Positions 1 through 8,451 of a DNA stretch of 32,000 bases are shown here, piece after piece (positions within the stretch are counted from its first letter, which is position 1; every line of letters begins with the position of its first letter). The position numbers and the translations under genes were made by a program. The notes beneath the pieces are model-generated. The model did not search any database and was not told the origin of the DNA. It worked only from the letters and a program-made list of their open reading frames with translations. The stretch is from contig NZ_AUAP01000020.1 in the NCBI RefSeq assembly GCF_000428785.1, positions 1 to 32,000 on the forward strand, in the 5' to 3' direction. This DNA is from Conchiformibius kuhniae DSM 17694 (GTDB lineage: Bacteria; Pseudomonadota; Gammaproteobacteria; Burkholderiales; Neisseriaceae).

Positions 1-204
1 GCCTTGTATCTGCCTGCGGTCGTGTCAAAGAAATACAACCCTGATATTGCCGCCCAATACGCCCGTCTGCTGCAAAGGCAAAAAACGCCGATGCAGGCAT
101 TGGGCGCGGCGATGCGTAAATTGGTACATATTTGCTTTGGCGTATTGAAGCATCAAACGGTTTATCAGTCCCGTCAGTTGGAAATTTCTGCTACGGGAGC
201 TTGA
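1..204 (+). CDS. IS110-family transposase, C-terminal fragment (5' part lies outside the window)
   Basis: Frame is open from base 1 to TGA at 202-204. The tail LYLPAVVSKKYNPDIAAQYARLL..MQALGAAMRKLVHICFGVLKHQTVY is the typical C-terminal region of IS110/IS1111 transposases. It differs in sequence from the second IS110-type protein at 2081-3043. Confidence 0.7.
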   Translation, partial: ALYLPAVVSKKYNPDIAAQYARLLQRQKTPMQALGAAMRKLVHICFGVLKHQTVYQSRQLEISATGA

Positions 205-247
205 CTGGAAAGATGGTATCTACGCTTGCTTTAGTTTCACACAAAAA

Positions 248-691
248 TCATGCTGCAATAATCATGAAACTCTCTATTATTGTCGTTAATTTAATACAAG
301 GGAGCTTACTTAAAATTGACTGCTTTGCAACGGTCGGCATTTCATATTTTGGATAAGCTATTAACTTGTAATTATTTTCTTTAAAATCAATATCATGGCT
401 ATACAATCCCTTATGAGCCATAACAATAAAAGATGATAAATAACGACTTTTTTCTTGTTCGTTATTAAAATATGGTAAATTATCTTCACAGACTTCAATT
501 TCAATGGGATTGCTTTCTTGTTCATCAAAGTATGTGCATATTTCTTCCCAACCAAGTCTGTCGTTTACAACAGATTTTGGTAGTAAGTCAGTACCACCCG
601 AAGCAAAATGTGCAATTTTTTGACCATCTCTTGCATACCAATCTAAATCATTGGATAAAATAAATCCAATGTCCAATATATTTAAATTCAT
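248..691 (-). CDS. hypothetical protein, low-GC orphan ORF (147 aa)
   Basis: Uninterrupted 147-codon ORF in a markedly AT-rich block flanked by GC-rich DNA and an IS110 fragment. I recognise no motif. Confidence 0.45.
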   Translation of the reverse strand: MNLNILDIGFILSNDLDWYARDGQKIAHFASGGTDLLPKSVVNDRLGWEEICTYFDEQESNPIEIEVCEDNLPYFNNEQEKSRYLSSFIVMAHKGLYSHDIDFKENNYKLIAYPKYEMPTVAKQSILSKLPCIKLTTIIESFMIIAA

Positions 692-797
692 TTTTCAACA
701 CCAAACATATTAGTACAATTATCGCAACGCTCTACAATCCTACCAGCAAGCGTAGGTTGGATTGAAGCGCAGCGCAAACCCAACGCTTCCCATCTTT

Positions 798-828
798 AGG
801 CTGCCTGAATCCCCCCTCAGGCAGGCTC
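798..828. repeat. DUS-dialect 12-mer AGGCTGCCTGAA (798-809) with an imperfect inverted copy (TCAGGCAGGCT, 818-828); hairpin or terminator-like
   Basis: Read directly: aggctgcctgaa-tcccccc-tcaggcaggct, followed by T-rich sequence. Inverted DUS pairs acting as terminators are typical of Neisseriaceae. Confidence 0.6.
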
Positions 829-860
829 GTTTCCTTTATTTGCTCGTTCCCGTCTGTACC

Positions 861-968
861 ATAGTTGATTAAAATCGCAACGATACGGCGTTGCCAACGC
901 CCTTATGTACTATCCGCACGCGGCGGGCGTTGTCGCCTTTTGTCGTTTTTATTTTTATCAACTTAATA
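861..968. mobile_element. Correia-like MITE (short ~108-bp form), intact copy
   Basis: ATAGTTGATTAAAATCGCAACGATACGGCGTTGCCAACGCCCTTATGTACTATCCGC...GTCGCCTTTTGTCG...TTTTATCAACTTAATA aligns by eye along its whole length with the neisserial Correia element as I recall it (TATAGTGGATTAAATTTAAACCAGTACGGCGTTGCCTCGCCTTGCCGTACTATTTGTACTGTCTGCGGCTTCGTCGCCTTGTCCTGATTTTTGTTAATCCACTATA). The termini are inverted (TAGTTGAT / ATCAACTT). Confidence 0.65.
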
Positions 969-1967
969 CGGCGGCAGCAAACGCCGCAAACCGTGCGCCA
1001 ACACCACCGCCATAAACACTACATTACGCAACAAGGTAACGATGCCGCCAAAGCACGGCGCGGGCTGCGGGGTGCAGGTTTCATCGGCGCGGACGGCTTG
1101 CGCCGCCAAACGCGCCAACCATGCGGGCGTGATAACGGGTTCGTACCAACGTCCGCCGATGCCGTCAAACAAGGCTTGTCCGTGCCGCACGCCCGCCACG
1201 CCGCCAAACAGGGCACACACGGTATCGGTGTCGCCGCCCTGACGGATTAAAGCGTCCATGCCGTCAAGCGGGGCATCGCGGTATTGCCGCCACGCCGCAA
1301 ACACGGCGGGAACGGTTTGGTACACATAGCCGCTATTGCCGCGCTTCGGGTCGGGCGCATAATCGCGCAAACGGCGGCACAATTCGGCATCGTCCAATTC
1401 CGCGCAAACAAATGCCATGATTTCATCAACACTTTGATTGGGCGTACGGTGTTCCGCCCACGCCAGCAAGGCAATCGCCAACGCGCCTTGCACGGCTTTC
1501 GGGTCGGTGTGGGTCAGTTCGCTGCTGACGGCGCACCATTCGCGCAAACGCGCCACGTCCGCACACAACACGCCCAATACTGCCGCCCGCATCGCCGCGC
1601 CGTTGCCTGCCGAAAACGTCCCGCAACGGCGCACGCCGAAATACATTTTGACAATGCTTTTCAGCGTTGCCATGCCGATGCCTGCGGGCAAGGCCGCCAG
1701 CCAGCCCATCATGCGGCGGCGCAAGGCGCGGCGGAACGCTTCCGCATCGCCGGCGGCGCGGGCATACGCCTGCACCGTCATCACCGCGTGTTCGGTGTCG
1801 TCCGACACCATGCCGCCGCCCACCAACGGCAACAAGGCATAGCGGCGCGGGCGCAGCCATTTTGCCGCACGGCGCGGCGACAGTCCTTCATACGGCAGCG
1901 CGTAGGCATCGCCCGCCGCGCCGCCCAGCAATGCGCCGTAGAGGGCGCGTTCCGTAGCGTTCATCAT
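963..1967 (-). CDS. ADP-ribosylglycohydrolase family protein (metal-binding residues intact)
   Basis: 334-aa ORF with the family motifs GGAAGDAYALPYEG (N-terminus), SDDTEH and GGDTDTV. AGGAG lies 4 nt upstream of the ATG at 1967. Confidence 0.85.
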   Translation of the reverse strand: MMNATERALYGALLGGAAGDAYALPYEGLSPRRAAKWLRPRRYALLPLVGGGMVSDDTEHAVMTVQAYARAAGDAEAFRRALRRRMMGWLAALPAGIGMATLKSIVKMYFGVRRCGTFSAGNGAAMRAAVLGVLCADVARLREWCAVSSELTHTDPKAVQGALAIALLAWAEHRTPNQSVDEIMAFVCAELDDAELCRRLRDYAPDPKRGNSGYVYQTVPAVFAAWRQYRDAPLDGMDALIRQGGDTDTVCALFGGVAGVRHGQALFDGIGGRWYEPVITPAWLARLAAQAVRADETCTPQPAPCFGGIVTLLRNVVFMAVVLAHGLRRLLPPY

Positions 1968-1974
1968 TTTCTCC

Positions 1975-2041
1975 TATAGTTGAAATGATTTATTTTTCAG
2001 ACAAGGCGGCGAGCCGCAGACAGTATGGTTAATACGGCAAG
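1975..2041. mobile_element. Left half of a second Correia-like MITE, interrupted by the prophage
   Basis: TATAGTTGAAATGATTTATTTTTCAGACAAGGCGGCGAGCCGCAGACAGTATGGTTAATACGGCAAG matches the Correia left arm (TATAGTGGATTAACAAAAATCAGGACAAGGCGACGAAGCCGCAGACAGTACAAATAGTACGGCAAG). The similarity stops at 2041. Confidence 0.65.
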
Positions 2042-2080
2042 ATGATAGTATGTTTGTCAATCCCCAAAATCATCAATCCG

Positions 2081-3200
<1,120 letters not shown>

Positions 3201-3457
3201 CCCAAAGCCATCTATAGATACAAATAGCTTTAAGTCTAAGGCTTTATCCACCTTTTAGCTTAAAAACAGCTAAAAACATTAACGCTGCTATTGTCAATGC
3301 TATCGACAAAGCAAAGTAACGTGCTTGTAATGCTGCTTTTGTCTCACGATACGGCAATGAAAATGCAATTAATGCCACAACAACAAAAAGTTGCCCCCAT
3401 AAAAATAATATAAGGTGGAATATCAGTAACCATTAAGAACAACCCAAAAAACCCGCA

Positions 3458-3682
3458 TCATACCCTTATAAAATACTTAAAGCAAACAGCAAGCATGGTT
3501 AGCAAGGTCGCTACTACAATAATGCTAATTACTTCATATTGCGGTTTTTTCCGTGCCAAATAACTGAATAGCAAATAGGCTGCCAAAAGTGCCAATCCTG
3601 CATATGCGGTCAAATACAAGCCTGCCCAGCCCGCATCAGCCGCCAATTTGCGGCTGACCATTTCCGTTGTGCTGTAATTCAT
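3458..3682 (-). CDS. small phage membrane protein (74 aa, two hydrophobic segments)
   Basis: Its ATG overlaps the Zot stop codon, which suggests translational coupling. Two predicted TM stretches (GLYLTAYAGLALLAAYLLFSYL and VISIIVVATLLTMLAVCF). Confidence 0.55.
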   Translation of the reverse strand: MNYSTTEMVSRKLAADAGWAGLYLTAYAGLALLAAYLLFSYLARKKPQYEVISIIVVATLLTMLAVCFKYFIRV

Positions 3683-4827
3683 TATTGAATGTCCTGTAAG
3701 CGTTTTGGGTAATCTTGCGATTTCGGCATTTGCGGCTCACCTGATAAGGTTATCACTTGCTGCTCCATCTGCTCCGCCGTTGCTTCCTGCTGCGGCTCTG
3801 CCTGTTGCGGTAGCTGCTGTTCCTGTGGCTCGCGGTAAGGGTCAAACGGCAAGCCGTTTTCAACATATTTCAAGCATTGGGCTTTGCTGATTTCCACCAG
3901 TGCGGTTGCTTGGTCGCTGTAGCAGGTACAGCCTGTTTTTCCGCCTTCAACACAAGCCACCACGCGCTCAAATGTTTTAACCTGCCGCACACCGTCATAT
4001 AAGGGTTTGGATTCGGGCTTTTCAGGTATGGTCGGGGCAAACATTTCTGCAGTTAATGATTGTCCGGCAGGTGCATCAACCAGCCCGCCAACGTCATGGA
4101 CGGTACCGCCCGCCGACATTGGCACTGATGCTGCTTGCTCTGATATTGCTTGCTCATCACCCATATATTTATTTTTCAAACGTGCAAATGTGTAATATCC
4201 AAAAACTGTTAAAACGGGCAAAAATAAAATCAAAAAAACTAAACTTTTAGGTATTCGGCGTTTGGGCTTGGTGTGAACTTCTGCGGATTTATAGTGTCCA
4301 AAAACCTGTTTGGGCAATTTGAACTGTCGTTCAATTGCTTTGGCAATATTCACAGAGCTGTCGGGCTGGTCTACGCATTCGTTCCATTCGTATAATTTCC
4401 TGCCAACAGCTTTAATGCTGATGTGAATGTGGCGTTGCACCAGTTTGCGGACAAACGGGTCAAGAAAGCTCGGGTGCTGCGTAATCAGGATAATGTCCAA
4501 ACCGTGATGGCGGTGGGTTGCCAATGCTTCAATATAATGCGGCACTTTGCTGGCTGCCGAGCGTGTCCCCATTAACCGTTGCACTTCATCAATGACCACT
4601 AATGAACCATACGGCAAAAAATCCTGTAAAGGCTGCTCAAAAATTTGCTCATCATTTAATGGAGTGTGCTCCAAAAGTAATTCGTCAATACCGCTCACAA
4701 ACAACGGACGTTTTTTCCTAACGCCGTCTTTATCGGTAAAATAGGTGTAGCTCTCATCGTTCATCAGCATGGCAACCACGCTGGCGGTTTTGCCGCTGCC
4801 CGGTACGCCCGTTTGCAGAATAATCAC
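3682..4827 (-). CDS. Zot-like / pI-type filamentous phage assembly ATPase
   Basis: N-terminal P-loop MIILQTGVPGSGKT, Walker B-like LVVIDEVQ, a central TM segment (LVFLILFLPVLTVFGYY) and a Gln/Pro-rich tail. This is the classic zonula occludens toxin family layout. Confidence 0.9.
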   Translation of the reverse strand: MIILQTGVPGSGKTASVVAMLMNDESYTYFTDKDGVRKKRPLFVSGIDELLLEHTPLNDEQIFEQPLQDFLPYGSLVVIDEVQRLMGTRSAASKVPHYIEALATHRHHGLDIILITQHPSFLDPFVRKLVQRHIHISIKAVGRKLYEWNECVDQPDSSVNIAKAIERQFKLPKQVFGHYKSAEVHTKPKRRIPKSLVFLILFLPVLTVFGYYTFARLKNKYMGDEQAISEQAASVPMSAGGTVHDVGGLVDAPAGQSLTAEMFAPTIPEKPESKPLYDGVRQVKTFERVVACVEGGKTGCTCYSDQATALVEISKAQCLKYVENGLPFDPYREPQEQQLPQQAEPQQEATAEQMEQQVITLSGEPQMPKSQDYPKRLQDIQ

Positions 4828-4853
4828 AATTGTTCCTTAAATCATCAAAAAAC

Positions 4854-5138
4854 TTATTTTTTCAACACACCTGCCGCCAATTTGTTACCCGCAGCCAACG
4901 CGGCATTGAATGCAAATGCACCAAAAATAATCCCCAATGCTTGTCCGAGTCCTGCCATTAGCATCAAATTGTAAGCATCGGCAGGCACGCCGCTAAAGCT
5001 GTTTTGTATATAGCCTTTCAAGGCATCTAGTGATAAATCCAAACCTTTATAAATGACAAAAGAAACGCCCAAAGCCAACATCAACTTTGAGATGCCCCAC
5101 ACCAATAAGGACTGAAAAGCTTTTATTAAAATGTTCAT
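4854..5138 (-). CDS. DUF2523-like small hydrophobic phage protein (pVI-like minor coat candidate)
   Basis: 94 aa and very hydrophobic (LVWGISKLMLALGVSFVIY, LMLMAGLGQALGIIFGAFAFNAALAAG). It lies immediately upstream of Zot, as in other inoviruses. Confidence 0.6.
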   Translation of the reverse strand: MNILIKAFQSLLVWGISKLMLALGVSFVIYKGLDLSLDALKGYIQNSFSGVPADAYNLMLMAGLGQALGIIFGAFAFNAALAAGNKLAAGVLKK

Positions 5139-5161
5139 GTCAATTCCTTAAGTAGAGTAAT

Positions 5162-5394
5162 GCGCCATACGCTTCCGAACCGGAATCTTAAGCCCTTGTA
5201 CTGCGTACAATGTCTTAAGCTCCCGTTTTGTCCGCTCTCCATCATTCCCGAAAGCAGGCTGGGTGCGAAAAAGGCGGTTTGCCGTACGCTTCCGAACCGG
5301 AAGCTTAAGCCCTTGTACTGCGTACAATGTCTTAAGCTCCCGTTTCGTCCGCTCTCCATCATTCCCGGAAGCGGGCTGGGTGCAAAATAAAGGT
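5162..5394. repeat. Tandem duplication, period 117 bp, 2 copies
   Basis: tacgcttccgaaccggaa(t/g)cttaagcccttgtactgcgtacaatgtcttaagctcccgttt(t/c)gtccgctctccatcattcccg(a/g)aagc(a/g)ggctgggtgc starts at 5168 and again at 5285. I count 4 substitutions in the first ~98 nt by hand. Confidence 0.9.
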
Positions 5395-5432
5395 TTCTAA
5401 AACAATTAAGGGAACAGGTGGGAACCCGTTTC

Positions 5433-5645
5433 GCTGTGGTAATCCATCGGTCTGTTATCGGCTCTGCTTCTGGGCTTGCGGATTGGGCGTTGCAGGTACT
5501 TCCAAGTAAAGGGGGTATTCGTAAAGATTTTTGACAAAATCTTTACAAAGCTTCCCCCTTTACTTGGAAGTACCTGCAACGCTGTCCAACCGCGCCCCGA
5601 AGCGACGCCGATAACAGACCGATGGATTACAGGCTACGCCACAGC
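5433..5645. repeat. ~213-nt near-perfect inverted repeat (long hairpin)
   Basis: Perfect arms: 5439-5462 / 5607-5630 (24 bp), 5487-5515 / 5554-5582 (29 bp) and 5521-5531 / 5536-5546 (11 bp, loop TGAC). An imperfectly paired segment spans 5463-5486 / 5583-5606. The outer GCTGTG / CACAGC pair lies at 5433-5438 / 5640-5645. Confidence 0.9.
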
Positions 5646-5660
5646 TACACTGGACGTTGC

Positions 5661-5695
5661 TTGCCTTATAGGGGCATTGAGCCCCTATAAGGCAA
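5661..5695. repeat. Perfect 15-bp stem / 5-nt loop hairpin
   Basis: TTGCCTTATAGGGGC-attga-GCCCCTATAAGGCAA, about 90 nt downstream of the pIII-like stop codon on the minus strand. No U-tract follows on either strand. Confidence 0.85.
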
Positions 5696-5783
5696 ATGCC
5701 CCTCTCTCTGCCTCCTCCATCCCGATGGGGGGTGTATGCGTAGTGTGCAGGGAAAGTGCGGAATAAGGCGGTATGCTGCATGT

Positions 5784-7616
5784 TCATTCTTTTCTCGTGA
5801 AAATGATGTAGGCTGCCATCAGGTAGGCAAGTCCGACAATAATCATGCGGATTTTTTGGGCAAATTGGCACAGCCAGTTGTAGCTGATTGTGTAGGTGCG
5901 CCCCATAATGACAACGTGTTTGGGCGCCGGGCATTGTCCCGATGTCGGCATGAAGTTGTCGGGTTGGTAGGTCTTGTCGTTTTGGGTGGTGGGTATGTCA
6001 AAGGGCTGTTCGGCTTCATCAACTGTTCCCATTTGGGCGCATGCAAGTGTGTTGCGGTGTTCGCCGGCACAATCCAATCCGCCGCCGTCTCCTTTTTTGC
6101 CGCCGCCACTGCCACCCGAGCCGTTTCCCGAGCCTGAAGTGTTGCCGGTGTCTTGTCCGTTGCCTTTGGGCGGATTGGTGCCGTTTGGGGTGTTGTTGCC
6201 GGCTGCGACTGCTTCGGATTGTTTGTCGGGGCGGGGGGTGGTGGTTACGTTTACGGTGTTTCCGCCACCATTGTTGATACCCGTATTGCCGTTGCTGCCT
6301 GTTGACGGGTTGCCACCTGCCCCGTTTCCTGCTCCGCCCGATGATGGGGGTGGCAAATCGCTTTTTTTGCCGGGTGTGGCTGTGATGCGTACGTTGTCCT
6401 GCACGGCTTTGCCCGTTTTGGGGTCTAGATAAGGGGGACTGGATGCGGTCAAGGAACCGCCCGAGCCGTCTTTTTTGGCAACGGCGGCTTGCGGTTTAAT
6501 GGCATTCCGCAGTTCTTTGCCTACTTGACCTTTATCGTTGATGTAGGGTGTAGGGTTTTTCTTGAAGTCTTTGGATACCAAGTTCACCACATCAACCATT
6601 TTGATGATTTCTTTATGGTTCTCTTTCAAAACTTTGACCGAAAAACCCGGTCCGATAAAATCTTCACCGTTCTCATCTGTTGCCAATGTCGTACACGTCA
6701 AGCTGTTGCCGTCTTTTAGCAGCTCCGCACTTTTTACCTTACCCGTTAATCCGTAGTTGTCATGATTATTATGGTCAATGCCTGTGTATGATGTGCCGAC
6801 CAATTTTTTGCACATATCGTTTGCAATGCTTCTGGCATGTTCCGCACTGTTTGCACCAATCAATATTTGACGGTATTCGGGCGCACATTCTTTTTCATGA
6901 CCGGGTTCACAATCTTTGGGATTTGTCTTGCCCCAATGACCTTTGATAACATAGGGGTATTCTTTGGCATAGGTTTGCCCTTGTTTGCCGGTTTGCGGAT
7001 TGGTTACCTGCTCGGGTTTGTAGCCTTCTTCTTCGGCGGTTTTACAAAAACTCTGCGGAAAGCCGATTGTTTTAAAAAAACCTTCTTTACCACCAAAAAA
7101 GGCATCTATAAAACAAAAGTAAGTTGGCACTACATAAGCAACACTCTTACATAAATCGTTAGATAAGCAACGTGTAATAATTGGTGGCAATACATTGCGC
7201 GCCACCGTGCCGCCTACGCGAACAATCCACCCCACAGCAGCAGGAAGCCAAACCCGAACACGCTCACCGTCATTGACATTGGGACGATAAACAGGTCGCA
7301 TCAACATTGCCCGATGCTGTTCAGGATTATAAGTTGCAACAATAGTGTAAGTACCTGCTACCCGCTCATAAGCATGAAACTCTGACGAATGCAGGGTTTT
7401 AAGCGGCATATTCTCTATCGTAAACTGCGTTGTCGCGTTATCGCTCTGCTCGTCAAAGTCCCATTGTCGGTTTTCAAACGTACTCGGCTCAAAGTTAAAA
7501 ATCAGTCGCTGATTTTCAGCATCGGCAAAGATATAGTTTCCACCTGTGATTTGGGCAACGTTTTCGGCATGGCAGAGCGGCACAAACAACAAGACGGCGA
7601 GCAGGATTTTTTTCAT
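5784..7616 (-). CDS. pIII-like / TspB-like adsorption (minor coat) protein
   Basis: Start placed at ATG 7616 (GGAG 8 nt upstream), giving the signal peptide MKKILLAVLLFVPLCHA. There are long Gly/Ser/Asn/Pro-rich linkers (GGAGNGAGGNPSTGSNGNTG..., GSGNGSGGSGGGKKGDGGG), paired cysteines and a C-terminal membrane anchor (IIVGLAYLMAAYIIF). It is the largest ORF and sits at the adsorption-protein position. Confidence 0.7.
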   Translation of the reverse strand: MKKILLAVLLFVPLCHAENVAQITGGNYIFADAENQRLIFNFEPSTFENRQWDFDEQSDNATTQFTIENMPLKTLHSSEFHAYERVAGTYTIVATYNPEQHRAMLMRPVYRPNVNDGERVRVWLPAAVGWIVRVGGTVARNVLPPIITRCLSNDLCKSVAYVVPTYFCFIDAFFGGKEGFFKTIGFPQSFCKTAEEEGYKPEQVTNPQTGKQGQTYAKEYPYVIKGHWGKTNPKDCEPGHEKECAPEYRQILIGANSAEHARSIANDMCKKLVGTSYTGIDHNNHDNYGLTGKVKSAELLKDGNSLTCTTLATDENGEDFIGPGFSVKVLKENHKEIIKMVDVVNLVSKDFKKNPTPYINDKGQVGKELRNAIKPQAAVAKKDGSGGSLTASSPPYLDPKTGKAVQDNVRITATPGKKSDLPPPSSGGAGNGAGGNPSTGSNGNTGINNGGGNTVNVTTTPRPDKQSEAVAAGNNTPNGTNPPKGNGQDTGNTSGSGNGSGGSGGGKKGDGGGLDCAGEHRNTLACAQMGTVDEAEQPFDIPTTQNDKTYQPDNFMPTSGQCPAPKHVVIMGRTYTISYNWLCQFAQKIRMIIVGLAYLMAAYIIFTRKE

Positions 7617-7686
7617 CACAATCTCCACAACAGTACACATGCAACCATCAGCCAAAAACCGAAGCCCAAATAAAAATAAAAGTCCA

Positions 7687-7998
7687 TCATGCAAATTTAT
7701 CCAAGATGGTTTTGATATTGATAATTCCCCATAAAACAACAGCGACACTCAAAAATGCCAATCCGACTTGTGCGCCGTCTTTAAAGTTTTCGGCAGAGCT
7801 GCATTGGGGTAAACCGGCTGATACAGTCCGCCCGTTAAGTGTCCAACCGCCGTCAATGTGTTTGGGATTGCCGTTGTATTGCAATTGAACCAATCTGCCG
7901 TTTTGAATCACGGGTACAACTTGGCTGAAATAGGCGTTTTCGGCTGCGCCTTTTGTTGCATAACAAGTATTACCGACTTGATATCCCATTATTTCCAT
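7687..7998 (-). CDS. phage protein with C-terminal TM anchor (minor virion protein candidate)
   Basis: 103-aa ORF. Its start overlaps the stop of the upstream ORF. C-terminal hydrophobic segment GLAFLSVAVVLWGIINI. Confidence 0.5.
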   Translation of the reverse strand: MEIMGYQVGNTCYATKGAAENAYFSQVVPVIQNGRLVQLQYNGNPKHIDGGWTLNGRTVSAGLPQCSSAENFKDGAQVGLAFLSVAVVLWGIINIKTILDKFA

Positions 7999-8396
7999 TT
8001 CCTGTAAGACTTGCCGCGATAATTGGACTTGTTGTAGCGGTTGCCAGATTTGTTGTTTTCGTAATATCGTGTGCGTGCTCTCATTTGGCGCATTCTATGC
8101 TTATGCTCAACCCGCCGCATGGCATGTGCTTGTAAAAAGAACTTGTGGCGTTGCTGTTGCATCTGATGACGTTCGGCAGCTTGTTGGCGGCGTTCTTCCA
8201 TGTATTTTTGCCGTTCCGCCTGTTGTCTCTGCCGCTCCAGCAGCTTTTGAGCTTCTTTTTGTCTACGCTTTTCTTTTTTAAGAATACCCGCAACAAGTGT
8301 AATGCCGAATATAGCGATATAGGCAATCAGCACTAAATAGCCGATGGTCTTGATATCCGCAAATACGGTTTGTAATCCGTTTACAATATGGTCCAT
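7989..8396 (-). CDS. phage membrane protein with a highly basic Arg/Gln/Lys-rich tail
   Basis: Start placed at ATG 8396 (MDHIVNG..., GGAG upstream). One TM segment (IGYLVLIAYIAIFGITLVAGIL) is followed by a KKEKRRQKEAQKLLERQRQQAERQ... low-complexity charged region. Confidence 0.5.
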   Translation of the reverse strand: MDHIVNGLQTVFADIKTIGYLVLIAYIAIFGITLVAGILKKEKRRQKEAQKLLERQRQQAERQKYMEERRQQAAERHQMQQQRHKFFLQAHAMRRVEHKHRMRQMRARTRYYENNKSGNRYNKSNYRGKSYRKWK

Positions 8397-8451
8397 AAGA
8401 AAGCTCCCGCAATAAACGGACAAGAAAGTTACCTTCCCTGCCCGTCCGTAT

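Noticed and set aside
748-790. REP-like imperfect palindrome (AGCGTAGGTTGG...CCCAACGCT) as a possible IS110 target
   Set aside because: The stem is imperfect, only this one copy occurs in the window, and it is not adjacent to an IS end that I can define.
2042-2062. Junction-spanning sigma70 promoter in the circular phage form (TTGACA on the minus strand at 2055-2060)
   Set aside because: After joining the ends, no acceptable -10 hexamer falls 16-18 nt downstream. The best candidate, TATGAT, has a spacer of only 12 nt.
3254-3430. Unlisted small hydrophobic minus-strand frame (…VALIAFSLPYRETKAALQARYFALSIALTIAALMFLAVFKLKGG)
   Set aside because: It has no ATG and is only possible with GTG or CTG starts that lack a convincing RBS. 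It might be a real small phage membrane protein, but I cannot support it.
5135-5362. 75-aa ORF (MMESGRNGSLRHCTQYKGL... repeated twice) and the 76-aa plus-strand ORF across the tandem repeat
   Set aside because: The internal repetition simply mirrors the 117-bp DNA duplication. There is no RBS, and both strands are open, as expected for structured non-coding DNA.
5339-5366. Hammerhead-ribozyme-like string on the minus strand (AUGAUGG...CGAAAC)
   Set aside because: The core deviates from CUGAUGA. The segment between the two motifs (AGAGCGGA) cannot form stem II, and no stems I or III can be drawn.
5162-5394. Possible CRISPR array
   Set aside because: There are only two directly abutting 117-bp units with no spacers and no cas genes. 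This is a tandem duplication, not a CRISPR array.
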